From IMG/VR virus record IMGVR_UViG_2890449678_000009, positions 1-64,000 of that record: DNA of 64,000 nt. The stretch is one strand, 5' to 3'. Below the pieces are notes generated by a model. It was not told the origin of the DNA, did not search any database, and was given only the letters and a program-made list of their open reading frames with translations. This DNA comes from a virus (lineage: Duplodnaviria > Caudoviricetes). Position numbers and translations under genes: made by a program. This document shows, in pieces, positions 8,784-17,786 of this stretch. Position 1 is the stretch's first letter; every line of letters begins with the position of its first letter.

Positions 8784-10259
8784 ATGATTGAATTACGAGA
8801 CTATCAGGAACGCCTGATCCAACAGGCGCAGGGGGCGCTTGCGTCCAAAATTCAGCGGGTGTTGATCCAACTCCCCACCGGTGGCGGGAAAGGCCGCATT
8901 TTGCCACGGCTTGCACGGCTGCGAGCAGAGGCAGGGCGGCGTGTATTGGTGGTGGCCCATCGTGCCGAGCTGATCGACCAAATCAGCGCGGCGCTGGATG
9001 ATGAAGGCATGATGTATGGGCGCATTCAGCCGGGGCAACCACGCATGGACTTCCCTGTTCAGGTGGGCATGGTGCAGACGGTGTCGCGACGGCTGAAAAC
9101 CCTTCGCGATTTTGATGATATTATGGTGGATGAAGCGCACCATATGCCGGCTGGACAATATACCGCCATGCTGGACGCGTGGCCGAATGCGGCCCTTACG
9201 GGGCTGACAGCAACCCCCATCCGCACAGATGGCGCGGGGCTTGGCGATTATTTCGACCAGATGTTTTGCGGCCCGACTACGGCAGAGCTGATTGATCGTG
9301 GGTTTCTGGCGGGGTTTGATTACTACATGCCGTCCCGTCAGCTTGACCTGTCCTCTGTTGGGAAAAGAATGGGCGATTATAAACGTGATGCTGCGATGCG
9401 GGCCATGAATAAAGCCCGCATTGTTGGCGATGCCGTAGAACATTACCGGCACTATTTGAACGGTCGCCCAGCCATCGTCTTTTGCATGGGGGTTAAACAT
9501 ACCCATGAGGTTGCAGAGCTTTTCTGCGAAGCGGGCATTAAAGCGGCGGGTGTTGATGGTAAAATGGATATGTGCCTCCGTCGGGAACGTCTGGCTGGGC
9601 TTGCCTCGGGTGAGCTGAAAATTGTTACGGCGGCGGATGTTATTAGTGAGGGTGTAGATATTCCGGCGGTGGCTGGAGCCATCCTGCTGCGTCCTACGAT
9701 TTCAACGAGCCTTTATCTTCAGCAAGTTGGACGGGCATTGCGCGTCAAGCCGGATGGATCGCGTGCGATTATTTTGGACCATGTAGGCAATGCTCAGAGA
9801 CACGGCATCCCGACAGATCCGCGCCGTTGGTCTTTGGACTCTGAAAAACACAGTGAGCCGGCGGCTGGCGTTGTGACGTGCGGCCTTTGTCACCGGGTCT
9901 TTCACCAAGGCACCGCAAAGCAGGTCGCCGGGGCAGAATGCACGCGTTCACCCTGTGCGATCTTGAAGCCAGAACCGAAAGAAGCCGTGGAGAAGTCCCC
10001 TGAAGTCGTGACGGGAACCTTGGAGGCCGTGGAAGATCGGTGGGCCTGGGCACTTGGTATTGACCCTTACGCAGCTCAAGGGCCTGAGCTTACGTCGCTG
10101 ATTGCTCATGCTGGAGCAGACAAGGAAAAGCTGGAAATGATCGCCCGAGCCCGTGGCTATAAGTCCGGCTGGGTGCGCCATCGCCTGCGGGCCGCTGGGG
10201 TGGAAATACCGATGAACCGGTGGGAGCGTAAAAAAGCACAAGGGAGCCTCTCAGCATGA
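8784..10259 (+). CDS. SF2 (DEAH-type) helicase with C-terminal Cys cluster
   Basis: LRDYQ, PTGGGK, DEAHH, LTATP, EGVDIP, QQVGRALR motifs. Confidence 0.95.
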   Translation: MIELRDYQERLIQQAQGALASKIQRVLIQLPTGGGKGRILPRLARLRAEAGRRVLVVAHRAELIDQISAALDDEGMMYGRIQPGQPRMDFPVQVGMVQTVSRRLKTLRDFDDIMVDEAHHMPAGQYTAMLDAWPNAALTGLTATPIRTDGAGLGDYFDQMFCGPTTAELIDRGFLAGFDYYMPSRQLDLSSVGKRMGDYKRDAAMRAMNKARIVGDAVEHYRHYLNGRPAIVFCMGVKHTHEVAELFCEAGIKAAGVDGKMDMCLRRERLAGLASGELKIVTAADVISEGVDIPAVAGAILLRPTISTSLYLQQVGRALRVKPDGSRAIILDHVGNAQRHGIPTDPRRWSLDSEKHSEPAAGVVTCGLCHRVFHQGTAKQVAGAECTRSPCAILKPEPKEAVEKSPEVVTGTLEAVEDRWAWALGIDPYAAQGPELTSLIAHAGADKEKLEMIARARGYKSGWVRHRLRAAGVEIPMNRWERKKAQGSLSA

Positions 10260-10576
10260 GACAGAACCCTGAAACACGTATTCAAAACGATATTCTTGTG
10301 GCGATTACCGCCCTGCCCTGTGCGTTTTTTGAGCGCTGCAATACGGGGGCCATGCGGACGCCGACCGGACGCCTCGTGCGCTTTGGCCAAAAGGGAGCGC
10401 CTGATATTCGCGGCACGTATAAAGGGCGGTCTATCGCCATTGAAGTCAAAACAAAGAGCAGAAAGCTGAGTGCTGACCAAGAGCGCTGGCGGGCCTCTTT
10501 TGTGGCTGCTCGTGGGATCTATATCGTAGGCCGTGATGTCCCCAGTGTGCTTGCAGCTTTGGAGGATGTTCAATGA
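10256..10576 (+). CDS. VRR-NUC family PD-(D/E)xK nuclease
   Basis: PETRIQ, GAPDI, IEVKT, and DQ..W motifs. Confidence 0.9.
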   Translation: MRQNPETRIQNDILVAITALPCAFFERCNTGAMRTPTGRLVRFGQKGAPDIRGTYKGRSIAIEVKTKSRKLSADQERWRASFVAARGIYIVGRDVPSVLAALEDVQ

Positions 10577-11424
10577 CGACCATTCCTCTTGAGATTGAAA
10601 ATGTGGCGTTGCTGGGCTGGCATGTGTACCCGATGAGCCCCCGTTCCAAAGCGGGTTGCTTTAAAGGCGCGCATAATGCTGCGACCTGTGATCTGGACGT
10701 GATAGAGCGCTGGTGTCGGGACTATCCCGGTTGTAATTGGCGTGTGGTGATGGGGCCTTCCCGTCTTTTTGCGCTGGATGTTGACCGTGCGGGACAAACA
10801 CACAAAGCCGATGGGTTCGCGGCGCTACAAAAGCTCGTGGCCCAACATGGTCCCTTGCCTCCGCGCCCCATGACCAAAACGGGCGGAAGTGGTGGAGCTG
10901 TGCTGTTCTTTCGCCATAACGGGGAAATTCTGCGAGGGGCTTCTGGCTGTCCTGCGCCGGGGCTTGATCCGCACCGCAACGGGCAAGCGATTGTTATCCC
11001 GCCGTCACGCCACCCTATGACGAAGGGTGCTTATCAATGGCGGAAAGGCTGTGCACCGTGGGAGATTGCGCCTCCTCCTCTGCCCTCGTGGCTCGCTGAC
11101 CTTCTAAGGCCGCCCCCTGAGCCAGTGCGTGATTACCGGAAAAACCCTTTCTATGTCACCAGTGAGAGGGCTTTTCAGGTGCTTATGCGGGCTGTTCACG
11201 CCGTTGAGACGGCACCGTCTGGAGGCAGTAACGATACGCTCAATAAGCAAGCCTATCGCATAGGTCGCTGGTGTGGTGCGGGTGTTCTGAGTGAGCATGA
11301 CGCCGTTGATTGCTTGCTTGTGGCCTCAAAAACCCGTGGCATCCCTCACCGTGAAGCACGCGACACAATCCGCTCTGGCTTGCGTGGTGGAATGCGCAAT
11401 CCTCATCAGGAGCGCACCGCATGA
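10573..11424 (+). CDS. Bifunctional primase-polymerase (Prim-Pol) domain protein
   Basis: GWHVYP, AATCDLDVIERW, LDVD, TGGSGG, IPPSRHP motifs. Confidence 0.88.
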   Translation: MTTIPLEIENVALLGWHVYPMSPRSKAGCFKGAHNAATCDLDVIERWCRDYPGCNWRVVMGPSRLFALDVDRAGQTHKADGFAALQKLVAQHGPLPPRPMTKTGGSGGAVLFFRHNGEILRGASGCPAPGLDPHRNGQAIVIPPSRHPMTKGAYQWRKGCAPWEIAPPPLPSWLADLLRPPPEPVRDYRKNPFYVTSERAFQVLMRAVHAVETAPSGGSNDTLNKQAYRIGRWCGAGVLSEHDAVDCLLVASKTRGIPHREARDTIRSGLRGGMRNPHQERTA

Positions 11425-12680
11425 ATAATGTGATCCAACTGCCCGGTAAAGAGGGAATGAAATGGGCGTCTGCTCTCACACGGACGGACAAAGGGACGCC
11501 TCACGCTAATGTGCATAATGCGATGGTGTATTTGGAACATCTTCCAGACTTACAGGGGCTTATGCGCCTCAATGAGTTTACCTGCACCACCTTAACGACG
11601 CGTTCGCCACCACCCCTCTTCCGCGATGGCCCGACATTGCCGGGGCCTTATCCGCGCATGGCAACCGAAGCCGATTACACGGCTATTCAGGCCTATATTC
11701 AACGGCTCATGGGCATTAATTTTTCCTTCCCGGGTATCTCACAGGCCATCAACACGATGGCGAGCAGCCAAGGGGTTCATCCGGTGCGTGAATGGCTTTC
11801 CGACCTAAAATGGGACGGTGATTGTCGCCTCAAACACTGGCTTTATACCGTGTTTGGTTGCCCGCTTGACCGCTATCATGAAGCGGTAGGGGTCAAATTC
11901 ATGGTGGCAGCGGTCGCGCGTATCTTCCAGCCGGGATGCAAGTTCGATTATGTGCCGGTATTTAAGGGGCCTCAAGGGATTGGGAAATCCACGGCGCTCC
12001 GTGTGCTTTTCTCTGACGAATGGTTCAAAGAAGATCTACACAAAGACCTTGGCAGTAAGGACGCGGCCTCTGGTCTTGTTGGGGCTTGGGGCGTGGAACT
12101 GGGCGAACTGCAAAGCATGATGAAATCCTCCATTGAGGACACGAAAGCCTTCCTCTCGCGCCAATGCGACAAATACCGCCCCGCTTATGGCAGACTTGAA
12201 GTCGTGCGAGAGCGTCAATGCGTCTTTGCTGGCACAACCAATTCAGAGGGCTATCTGACCGATAGCACAGGAAACCGGCGCTTCTGGCCGGTAGAATGCG
12301 TCGCCGCTGATCTGCCGTGGCTACGCACTAACCGGGAGCAGCTTTGGGCGGAGGCTGTCACCCTCTTCCGGGCAGGCGAAACGCCACTTTATCTTGATGA
12401 GGATGACGTCAGGTTGGTCGCTGAGGAGAAGCAGGCGGATAATATGATGGTCGATGCATGGGAAAAGCCTATTGAAGACTGGCTCCAAAATCGCGGAACT
12501 CTCATTCAAGATGGGCTGCATATCCACGAGGTCATGGTCAGTGGTCTAGGCATGGCTAATACTCAAATTAAACGTGCTGATCAGAACAGAGTTGGGGCTA
12601 TCCTGCGAAAACTTGGTTGGAGTGTGAAGGTCAAAAAGCAACAGGGCCGTAGTGTAAGACTATGGGTGAAGGAGAGCTGA
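11421..12680 (+). CDS. VapE (virulence-associated E) family replicative helicase
   Basis: HPVREWL, GPQGIGKST (Walker A), RPAYGR, GTTN...DSTGNRRFWP. Confidence 0.93.
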   Translation: MNNVIQLPGKEGMKWASALTRTDKGTPHANVHNAMVYLEHLPDLQGLMRLNEFTCTTLTTRSPPPLFRDGPTLPGPYPRMATEADYTAIQAYIQRLMGINFSFPGISQAINTMASSQGVHPVREWLSDLKWDGDCRLKHWLYTVFGCPLDRYHEAVGVKFMVAAVARIFQPGCKFDYVPVFKGPQGIGKSTALRVLFSDEWFKEDLHKDLGSKDAASGLVGAWGVELGELQSMMKSSIEDTKAFLSRQCDKYRPAYGRLEVVRERQCVFAGTTNSEGYLTDSTGNRRFWPVECVAADLPWLRTNREQLWAEAVTLFRAGETPLYLDEDDVRLVAEEKQADNMMVDAWEKPIEDWLQNRGTLIQDGLHIHEVMVSGLGMANTQIKRADQNRVGAILRKLGWSVKVKKQQGRSVRLWVKES

Positions 12681-12703
12681 TAAATTCCGTCACTCTCTTA
12701 TCT

Positions 12704-12959
12704 TCTACGTCCTATTCTACGTCCCCTCTACGTCCTGTTCTACGTCCTTAAATGGCTGTTTTCTGCCTGCTCTACGTCCTCTACGTCCTTAATCACTAAA
12801 TCAGCTATGAAATTTCTATATAAGGAGTGCGTTATATGAAATATTATAGATATGTTGAGTAAAACGGACGTAGAGGACGTAGAAGGACGTAGAAACGGCT
12901 AAAAATAGCCATTCTTTCTCTACTCTGAGGACGTAGAGGGGTCGTAGAAGGGATGTAGA
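12704..12959. repeat. Putative replication origin: 6 direct plus 6 inverted 9-bp iterons (TCTACGTCC) around an AT-rich core
   Basis: TCTACGTCC at 12704, 12716, 12727, 12739, 12771, 12780; GGACGTAGA at 12866, 12875, 12885, 12929, with degenerate copies at 12940 and 12951. Confidence 0.8.
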
Positions 12960-12975
12960 ACGACAACATGTAAAA

Positions 12976-13443
12976 TTATCTATACCCACTCCAAGCAGGG
13001 GGTAAAATTATAAGAACTATCAAAAAAGCCAAAGAAGCAGCGACGAAGGACAAAAGAGCCCTTACAAAAATTTCATCCCTACTCATCTTTTTATCATTAA
13101 AAATAAAAAATGATGCTACGATAAACAGGAGCAATGGATCGAAAAAATATGGCACTACATCTAAAGAAAAATATATTATATCATAGAAAAATCCTCCCTC
13201 CCCATTTTTGATAACAATGGATCGGATAGTTGTTTTCACCTTCTCTTCCGATAATATACTCTTTAGATCCTCACTGCTCTTTAAGCTGTGATTTATATAG
13301 CCTAATATTCGTAAAAACGGCATATTATGCACTGTTCTTACCAGTATAGAACCCGCTGAATCCAGAAAGCTTGTTTGCTGCCCTAAGAAACCTTCATTCT
13401 GAACCGAGCTTAGAACGTCCGGCCCTTTGGTATAAAACGGCAT
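12976..13443 (-). CDS. AT-rich antisense membrane protein (moron)
   Basis: Low GC; C-terminal hydrophobic helices; opposite orientation to flanking genes. Confidence 0.65.
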   Translation of the reverse strand: MPFYTKGPDVLSSVQNEGFLGQQTSFLDSAGSILVRTVHNMPFLRILGYINHSLKSSEDLKSILSEEKVKTTIRSIVIKNGEGGFFYDIIYFSLDVVPYFFDPLLLFIVASFFIFNDKKMSRDEIFVRALLSFVAASLAFLIVLIILPPAWSGYR

Positions 13444-13552
13444 ATGTCACAATCCCTATAGTAAAACTATCATAACTATATAAACGTGGAATAGAGGCTA
13501 CTGTCACCACTCTGACCTCATTATTCTGACGTTCAGCTTGTGGAGGATGGAC

Positions 13553-13981
13553 ATGAGGCTGATCTTCGGAAACTTAGAACTTGATGCAGACACGCAGATA
13601 TTAACGTCACCGCGCGGGTCTATTCGGCTCTCTCATAATGATTACCGTGTGATGTCCTCGCTCATGCGGCGCGGGAATAAAATTACAACAATGGACTCTC
13701 TTATCTCCGAGGTCTGGGCGCATCCACGCGAAGAGCCAGACTATGCCGAAGATGCCGTACGCGACTGCATTAAAAACCTCCGAGGCTTTATTGGGCTTTC
13801 GGCTCTGGGGCGCCACACCATCAAAAGCGAGCGCGGCTGTGGCTATTATTTGGATGACAAACGACCTGAGAAGACAAGAAGGATCACGAGACATGAGCGC
13901 AACAGACGACAGGATGAACAAGGGCACGCGCGTGTTCCTCGACACTCTGGCAAAATGCGGCAATATTTCCTTAGCATCTAA
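13553..13981 (+). CDS. Stand-alone OmpR/PhoB-type winged-helix regulator (no receiver domain)
   Basis: FGNLELD...IRLS..DYRVM..LM...L..EVW...EPD...AVRDCIKNLR...IKSERGCGYYL; GGAGG SD before ATG 13553. Confidence 0.8.
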   Translation: MRLIFGNLELDADTQILTSPRGSIRLSHNDYRVMSSLMRRGNKITTMDSLISEVWAHPREEPDYAEDAVRDCIKNLRGFIGLSALGRHTIKSERGCGYYLDDKRPEKTRRITRHERNRRQDEQGHARVPRHSGKMRQYFLSI

Positions 13982-13982
13982 G
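13893..13982 (+). pseudogene. Outer phage small terminase, 5' fragment (aa 1-30), interrupted by the Mu-like prophage
   Basis: MSATDDRMNKGTRVFLDTLAKCGNISLASK joins in frame to AAGLSRPGLY... at 53384 once the insert and one CTAAG are removed. Confidence 0.88.
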
Positions 13983-14187
13983 TGTAAGGGGACAGAATAG
14001 ATAGAACTTAGGGGGAACCGGGATATACCGGGATGATGCGGGATGACGTGGGATAGGAAGAGGAGTTTTCTGCCACGTTTAGGAAATGCAATAGAGAAAG
14101 TCTGCAAAATACATCAAAACCCTAAGACACATTAAAAGAACCGCTCTAATAGTTTCAAAGAGCCTTTTGGGACAAATTGAAAGAACT
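13983..14187 (+). repeat. Mu-like left end with putative transposase sites
   Basis: GACAGAATAGATAGAACT (13991-14008); weaker GACACATTAAAAGAACC (14126) and GACAAATTGAAAGAACT (14171); these match the right-end sites in inverted orientation. Confidence 0.75.
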
Positions 14188-14248
14188 ACACCCCCAACCG
14201 TTCAAACGATGTTTGAGGGTGTTTTAAATAGCATTAAACAGGCTGTTC

Positions 14249-15349
14249 TTATTCTGGCATAAGAGCGTCAGGGTCTAAATGAAACTGTCCTATAACACGC
14301 CCAATGACGCGCACCTCTGCATCTGGCATTGCCGTCCCCCAACATACTCTCTCTGCAGGAACGTCAAATCGCTCATAAAAAGGGTTGTCGCTAATAACGG
14401 AATACGTTGAAGGGTTCTTTAGACCTAGCCGCTTTACCATTGCCATTCCGTTGACCGAGATAGCATAAACTCCATCTCTCAGTGTCCCGCCAGGAACATG
14501 ATGAACAATAACAGTGTCACCCGTGTTGATGGTTGGCTGCATGCTATCCCCTCGCACACGCATAAAGAATATATCTTTAGGAATAGTCCCTAATAAGTTA
14601 CGCAAAAAATCAACAGGAATGCGAACATTCTTCTCATTCCCCCACTCAACGGGAACTAAACCTTTCCCTGCTGAAGCTTCCGAACGTAAAAAGGGCACGG
14701 ATATTGCTTCTAGCTCATTTTCTCCAGTTGGTGATGCTGGCTGAGCGGTAGTTTGCATCATTTCACCTCGACCTGCGAGCAGCCATTCAAGCGATACACC
14801 GCAGGCTTCAGCGATGGCTACGGCTGTGCCTGCCTTCATATCACGTCCGTTTGCATAAGTGCTGAGCGTTGTCTTCGATACTCTAATCGCCATTGAAACA
14901 GCAGTGTTTCCGCCTCCTAATCGAATTGCTTTTCGCAGACGCTCACAGCGTTCTTCATCTGTCTTCTTTTTTTCTGATGTATATTTTCCGTAGGCTGAAT
15001 TAGTATCAATATTTTCAGCGTCTTCTGTGCTTCCATCCTCGTCTGAACGCTCTATTTCTAGTTCCTCTCTATGAGAGATATCTGTGGTTTCGCCACGAAC
15101 GAGCCATTCAAGCGACACTCCGCATGCATCAGCCAAGGCAGCTGCAGCTTCAGCTTTCATACTGCTGCGACCTGAAATGTAACTATTCAGGGTACTTAAT
15201 GGAATACCAGTTTTGTCTGAGACAAACTGATTCCCACCACTTCTCTGCACAGAACGTCGCAACCTTCCTGCAGGGCTGGAAACTTCAATGTCTTTTTTTG
15301 AACTTTGCACGCTTTGACTCACTGCCTTCTTTCGCATTTGATCGCTCAT
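14249..15349 (-). CDS. Mu-like repressor: two tandem XRE HTH domains plus an S24 peptidase domain
   Basis: Two copies of RLR...GGN...LxxY..GR.MKA...AxACGVSLEWL; SEASAGKG, RGDSMQP, MVKRL, VIGRV. Confidence 0.92.
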   Translation of the reverse strand: MSDQMRKKAVSQSVQSSKKDIEVSSPAGRLRRSVQRSGGNQFVSDKTGIPLSTLNSYISGRSSMKAEAAAALADACGVSLEWLVRGETTDISHREELEIERSDEDGSTEDAENIDTNSAYGKYTSEKKKTDEERCERLRKAIRLGGGNTAVSMAIRVSKTTLSTYANGRDMKAGTAVAIAEACGVSLEWLLAGRGEMMQTTAQPASPTGENELEAISVPFLRSEASAGKGLVPVEWGNEKNVRIPVDFLRNLLGTIPKDIFFMRVRGDSMQPTINTGDTVIVHHVPGGTLRDGVYAISVNGMAMVKRLGLKNPSTYSVISDNPFYERFDVPAERVCWGTAMPDAEVRVIGRVIGQFHLDPDALMPE

Positions 15350-15540
15350 TTTTCACGGAAAACAGCAGAAAAGTGAATTTAAGAGCAAACATTACAAACA
15401 TTTTAAGTTTGAAATGTGCATTTATAATTCACAAAACTAAATTACCGTGTATTCTCCGGGAGGTGGAAACGAAAACAAGATACGTTTCCTAAGTTGAAAA
15501 GAAAGGTCGGCGGCAACCGACCTGAAAAGTGAGATGAGCG

Positions 15541-15849
15541 ATGAGTCATAAACGATCCGGTATGGATATTGAAGACATCAAAGCTGAACTGCGGAAGAAG
15601 TATGGGCCATTAGTCTATATTTCAAAACAGCTCGGCCTCAGCCGAAATGCGATAAGTGCAACGCTCGGGGACCCTCGTCACTCGATTAAAACCGAAATTC
15701 GCATTGCAGAACTTTTAGGGAAAAATCCATATGAGGTCTGGGGAGAGTTTCGCTTTTATGAAGACGGAACACCAGTAAAGCGTTCGATACGCAATTATCC
15801 CTCTCAGGTCGTGCCTTTGCATCTGCGTAAAAAGAGTGCCGCAGCATGA
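15541..15849 (+). CDS. ner: Ner-like HTH regulator
   Basis: EDIKAELRKK...IAELLG..PYEVW..RF; position between repressor and transposase. Confidence 0.88.
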   Translation: MSHKRSGMDIEDIKAELRKKYGPLVYISKQLGLSRNAISATLGDPRHSIKTEIRIAELLGKNPYEVWGEFRFYEDGTPVKRSIRNYPSQVVPLHLRKKSAAA

Positions 15850-17774
15850 TGTGTGAATTTGCAACTCTTCAAGAGATTGCCAGCCTTAATTTACCATCAC
15901 TGCCAGGAATGCGTGCTCTTCACATGAGAGCAATCAAGGAGAAGTGGAGCCGTCCTGAGTGGGAAGGCACTCTTTGGCGTCCCCATTCTGGTCATGGTGG
16001 GGGTATTGAATACTCCTACAAGCTTCTTCCCAAAGTGGCTCAGTTGGAATGGGTGCGGCGGTTTTTGGACTGCTCACAGGCTCACGAGGTTGACGCAAGT
16101 GACCATGCTCAGGCTTGGAATGCGTATCACGAAGCGAGGCAGCGCCAGAAAGATCGTGCCATGGAGGCCTTGCAGCTTTTGGAGATGCTGCACCACCTAA
16201 CAGATGCAGGATGGGTGCTTGAAGACGCCATCACCCAGATACGCGAACAGCATGCCTGTCAGGTTGGTCGCACGACCATTATGCGCTGGAAGCGTATGGT
16301 AAAAGGCGTGCCGCGTCAGCATTGGCTGGCGTATCTGTTGCCAGCGCGGACAGGCCCGAAGGCTGTGCAAGCGCGTTTTTCTGAAGAAGCGTGGGACTTT
16401 GTGCGCTCGGATTGGTTACGGCCTGAAAAGCCTACTATTTCGGCGTGCTATCGGCGATTGCAACGTGCAGCGAATGAGCATGGTTGGACTATCCCTTCTG
16501 AAAAGACCATCGCGCGACGACTTGCCGATATTCCTGTTGAGGTTGTGACGTTAGCGCGTGAAGGACGGGACAAGCTGAAAGACCTTGTGCCAGCTCAAGA
16601 ACGTGACCGAACGCATCTCCATGCCCTGCAAGCCGTGAATGCGGACGGCCATAAGTGGGACGTACGCGTTCAATGGCCCGATGGAACCATTGGGCGGCCT
16701 ATGATGGTGGCGTGGCAGGATTTGTATTCCAATATGATCCTGAGCTGGCGGGTGGATCGGTCTGAAAATACCGATGCGATCCAGCTGGCCCTTGGAGATT
16801 TGGTTGAGCGTTACGGCATCCCCTCGAAAGCGTATCTGGATAATGGCCGTGCTTTTGCCTCCAAACGGATGACGGGCGGCACGAAAACACGCTTTCGCTT
16901 TAAGGTGCGTGAGGGTGATGCGGCTGGGGTGATGACCATTTTGGGCATCGAAACGGTGTTTGTGACGCCTTACTCTGGGCAGTCAAAACCGATTGAGCGT
17001 TGTTTCCGTGATCTTGCGGGGGATCTAGCAAAACATCCGGCTTTTTCTGGGGCCTATACGGGCAATAGCCCGATGAATAAGCCTGATAATTACGGAGAAA
17101 AAGCCATCCCTTTGGCGGACTTCCTTGCTGTCATTTCTGCGGGCATTGACGAGCATAATAACCGCACGGGCCGTAGAACGGGCGTGTGTAAGGGAGTGAA
17201 GAGTTTTCGGCAGGTTTTTGACGAAAGTCTCGCTCAGTGCCCTGTCCGCAAACCGACAGAAACGCAACGCCACCTATGGCTGCGGGCTGCTGAGAACGTC
17301 ATGGCCAACAAGCGCGATGGAAGCTTCCGCTTTCTTGGAAACCGCTATTGGGCCGAGTTTTTGCGCGATCATATGGGACAGCCGATTGTGGTGCGCTTTG
17401 ATCCGCAACATCTACACGCCCCGATGCATGTCTACAGTATGAGCGGTGAGTTTCTCGGTGATGCGCCGGTGATTGAAAAGACTGGCTTCGACAGCACCGC
17501 CGCAGCCGCTGAGAAGAAGCGCGCTGAAAAGCAGCTCACGAAGGCCGCCAAAATGCGCCTGGAGGCAGAGAACCAACTGGCGCCGTCTGAACTAGCCGCA
17601 CTCTTACCAGACCAAGCCGACGAGACGGATGGGCCGCTGGACCAAAAAGTTGTGACGCCATTCCGGCCACAGCCGACGGTCACCCATACGCGGCCATCTG
17701 CCCATGATGACGACGATGATGATGGCGATGAAGCCACCGTCTCCATCCTACACTATATGCGCCGTAGTGCGTAA
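15846..17774 (+). CDS. MuA-like DDE transposase
   Basis: N-terminal Mu DNA-binding domain (GGGIEY); ADGHKWD, YLDNGRAF, SKPIERCF; VRFDP C-terminal domain. Confidence 0.96.
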   Translation: MMCEFATLQEIASLNLPSLPGMRALHMRAIKEKWSRPEWEGTLWRPHSGHGGGIEYSYKLLPKVAQLEWVRRFLDCSQAHEVDASDHAQAWNAYHEARQRQKDRAMEALQLLEMLHHLTDAGWVLEDAITQIREQHACQVGRTTIMRWKRMVKGVPRQHWLAYLLPARTGPKAVQARFSEEAWDFVRSDWLRPEKPTISACYRRLQRAANEHGWTIPSEKTIARRLADIPVEVVTLAREGRDKLKDLVPAQERDRTHLHALQAVNADGHKWDVRVQWPDGTIGRPMMVAWQDLYSNMILSWRVDRSENTDAIQLALGDLVERYGIPSKAYLDNGRAFASKRMTGGTKTRFRFKVREGDAAGVMTILGIETVFVTPYSGQSKPIERCFRDLAGDLAKHPAFSGAYTGNSPMNKPDNYGEKAIPLADFLAVISAGIDEHNNRTGRRTGVCKGVKSFRQVFDESLAQCPVRKPTETQRHLWLRAAENVMANKRDGSFRFLGNRYWAEFLRDHMGQPIVVRFDPQHLHAPMHVYSMSGEFLGDAPVIEKTGFDSTAAAAEKKRAEKQLTKAAKMRLEAENQLAPSELAALLPDQADETDGPLDQKVVTPFRPQPTVTHTRPSAHDDDDDDGDEATVSILHYMRRSA

Positions 17775-17786
17775 CGGAGTGTTTTT

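Larger units (their letters stand above)
1..13982. mobile_element. Outer temperate prophage, left arm (integration, recombination, immunity, replication)
   Basis: int-xis-exo-erf-cI/cro-ssb-helicase-primase order; ends in the 5' half of terS, which continues at 53379. attL is not visible (integrase stop is at base 1). Confidence 0.93.

Noticed and set aside
12704-12959. CRISPR array
   Set aside because: Repeats are 9 bp, nearly adjacent and in both orientations, with no spacers and no cas genes.
14001-14010. ATAGAACTTA match to the outer-phage promoter box
   Set aside because: Overlaps the left transposase site; a 10-bp AT-rich match is probably chance.
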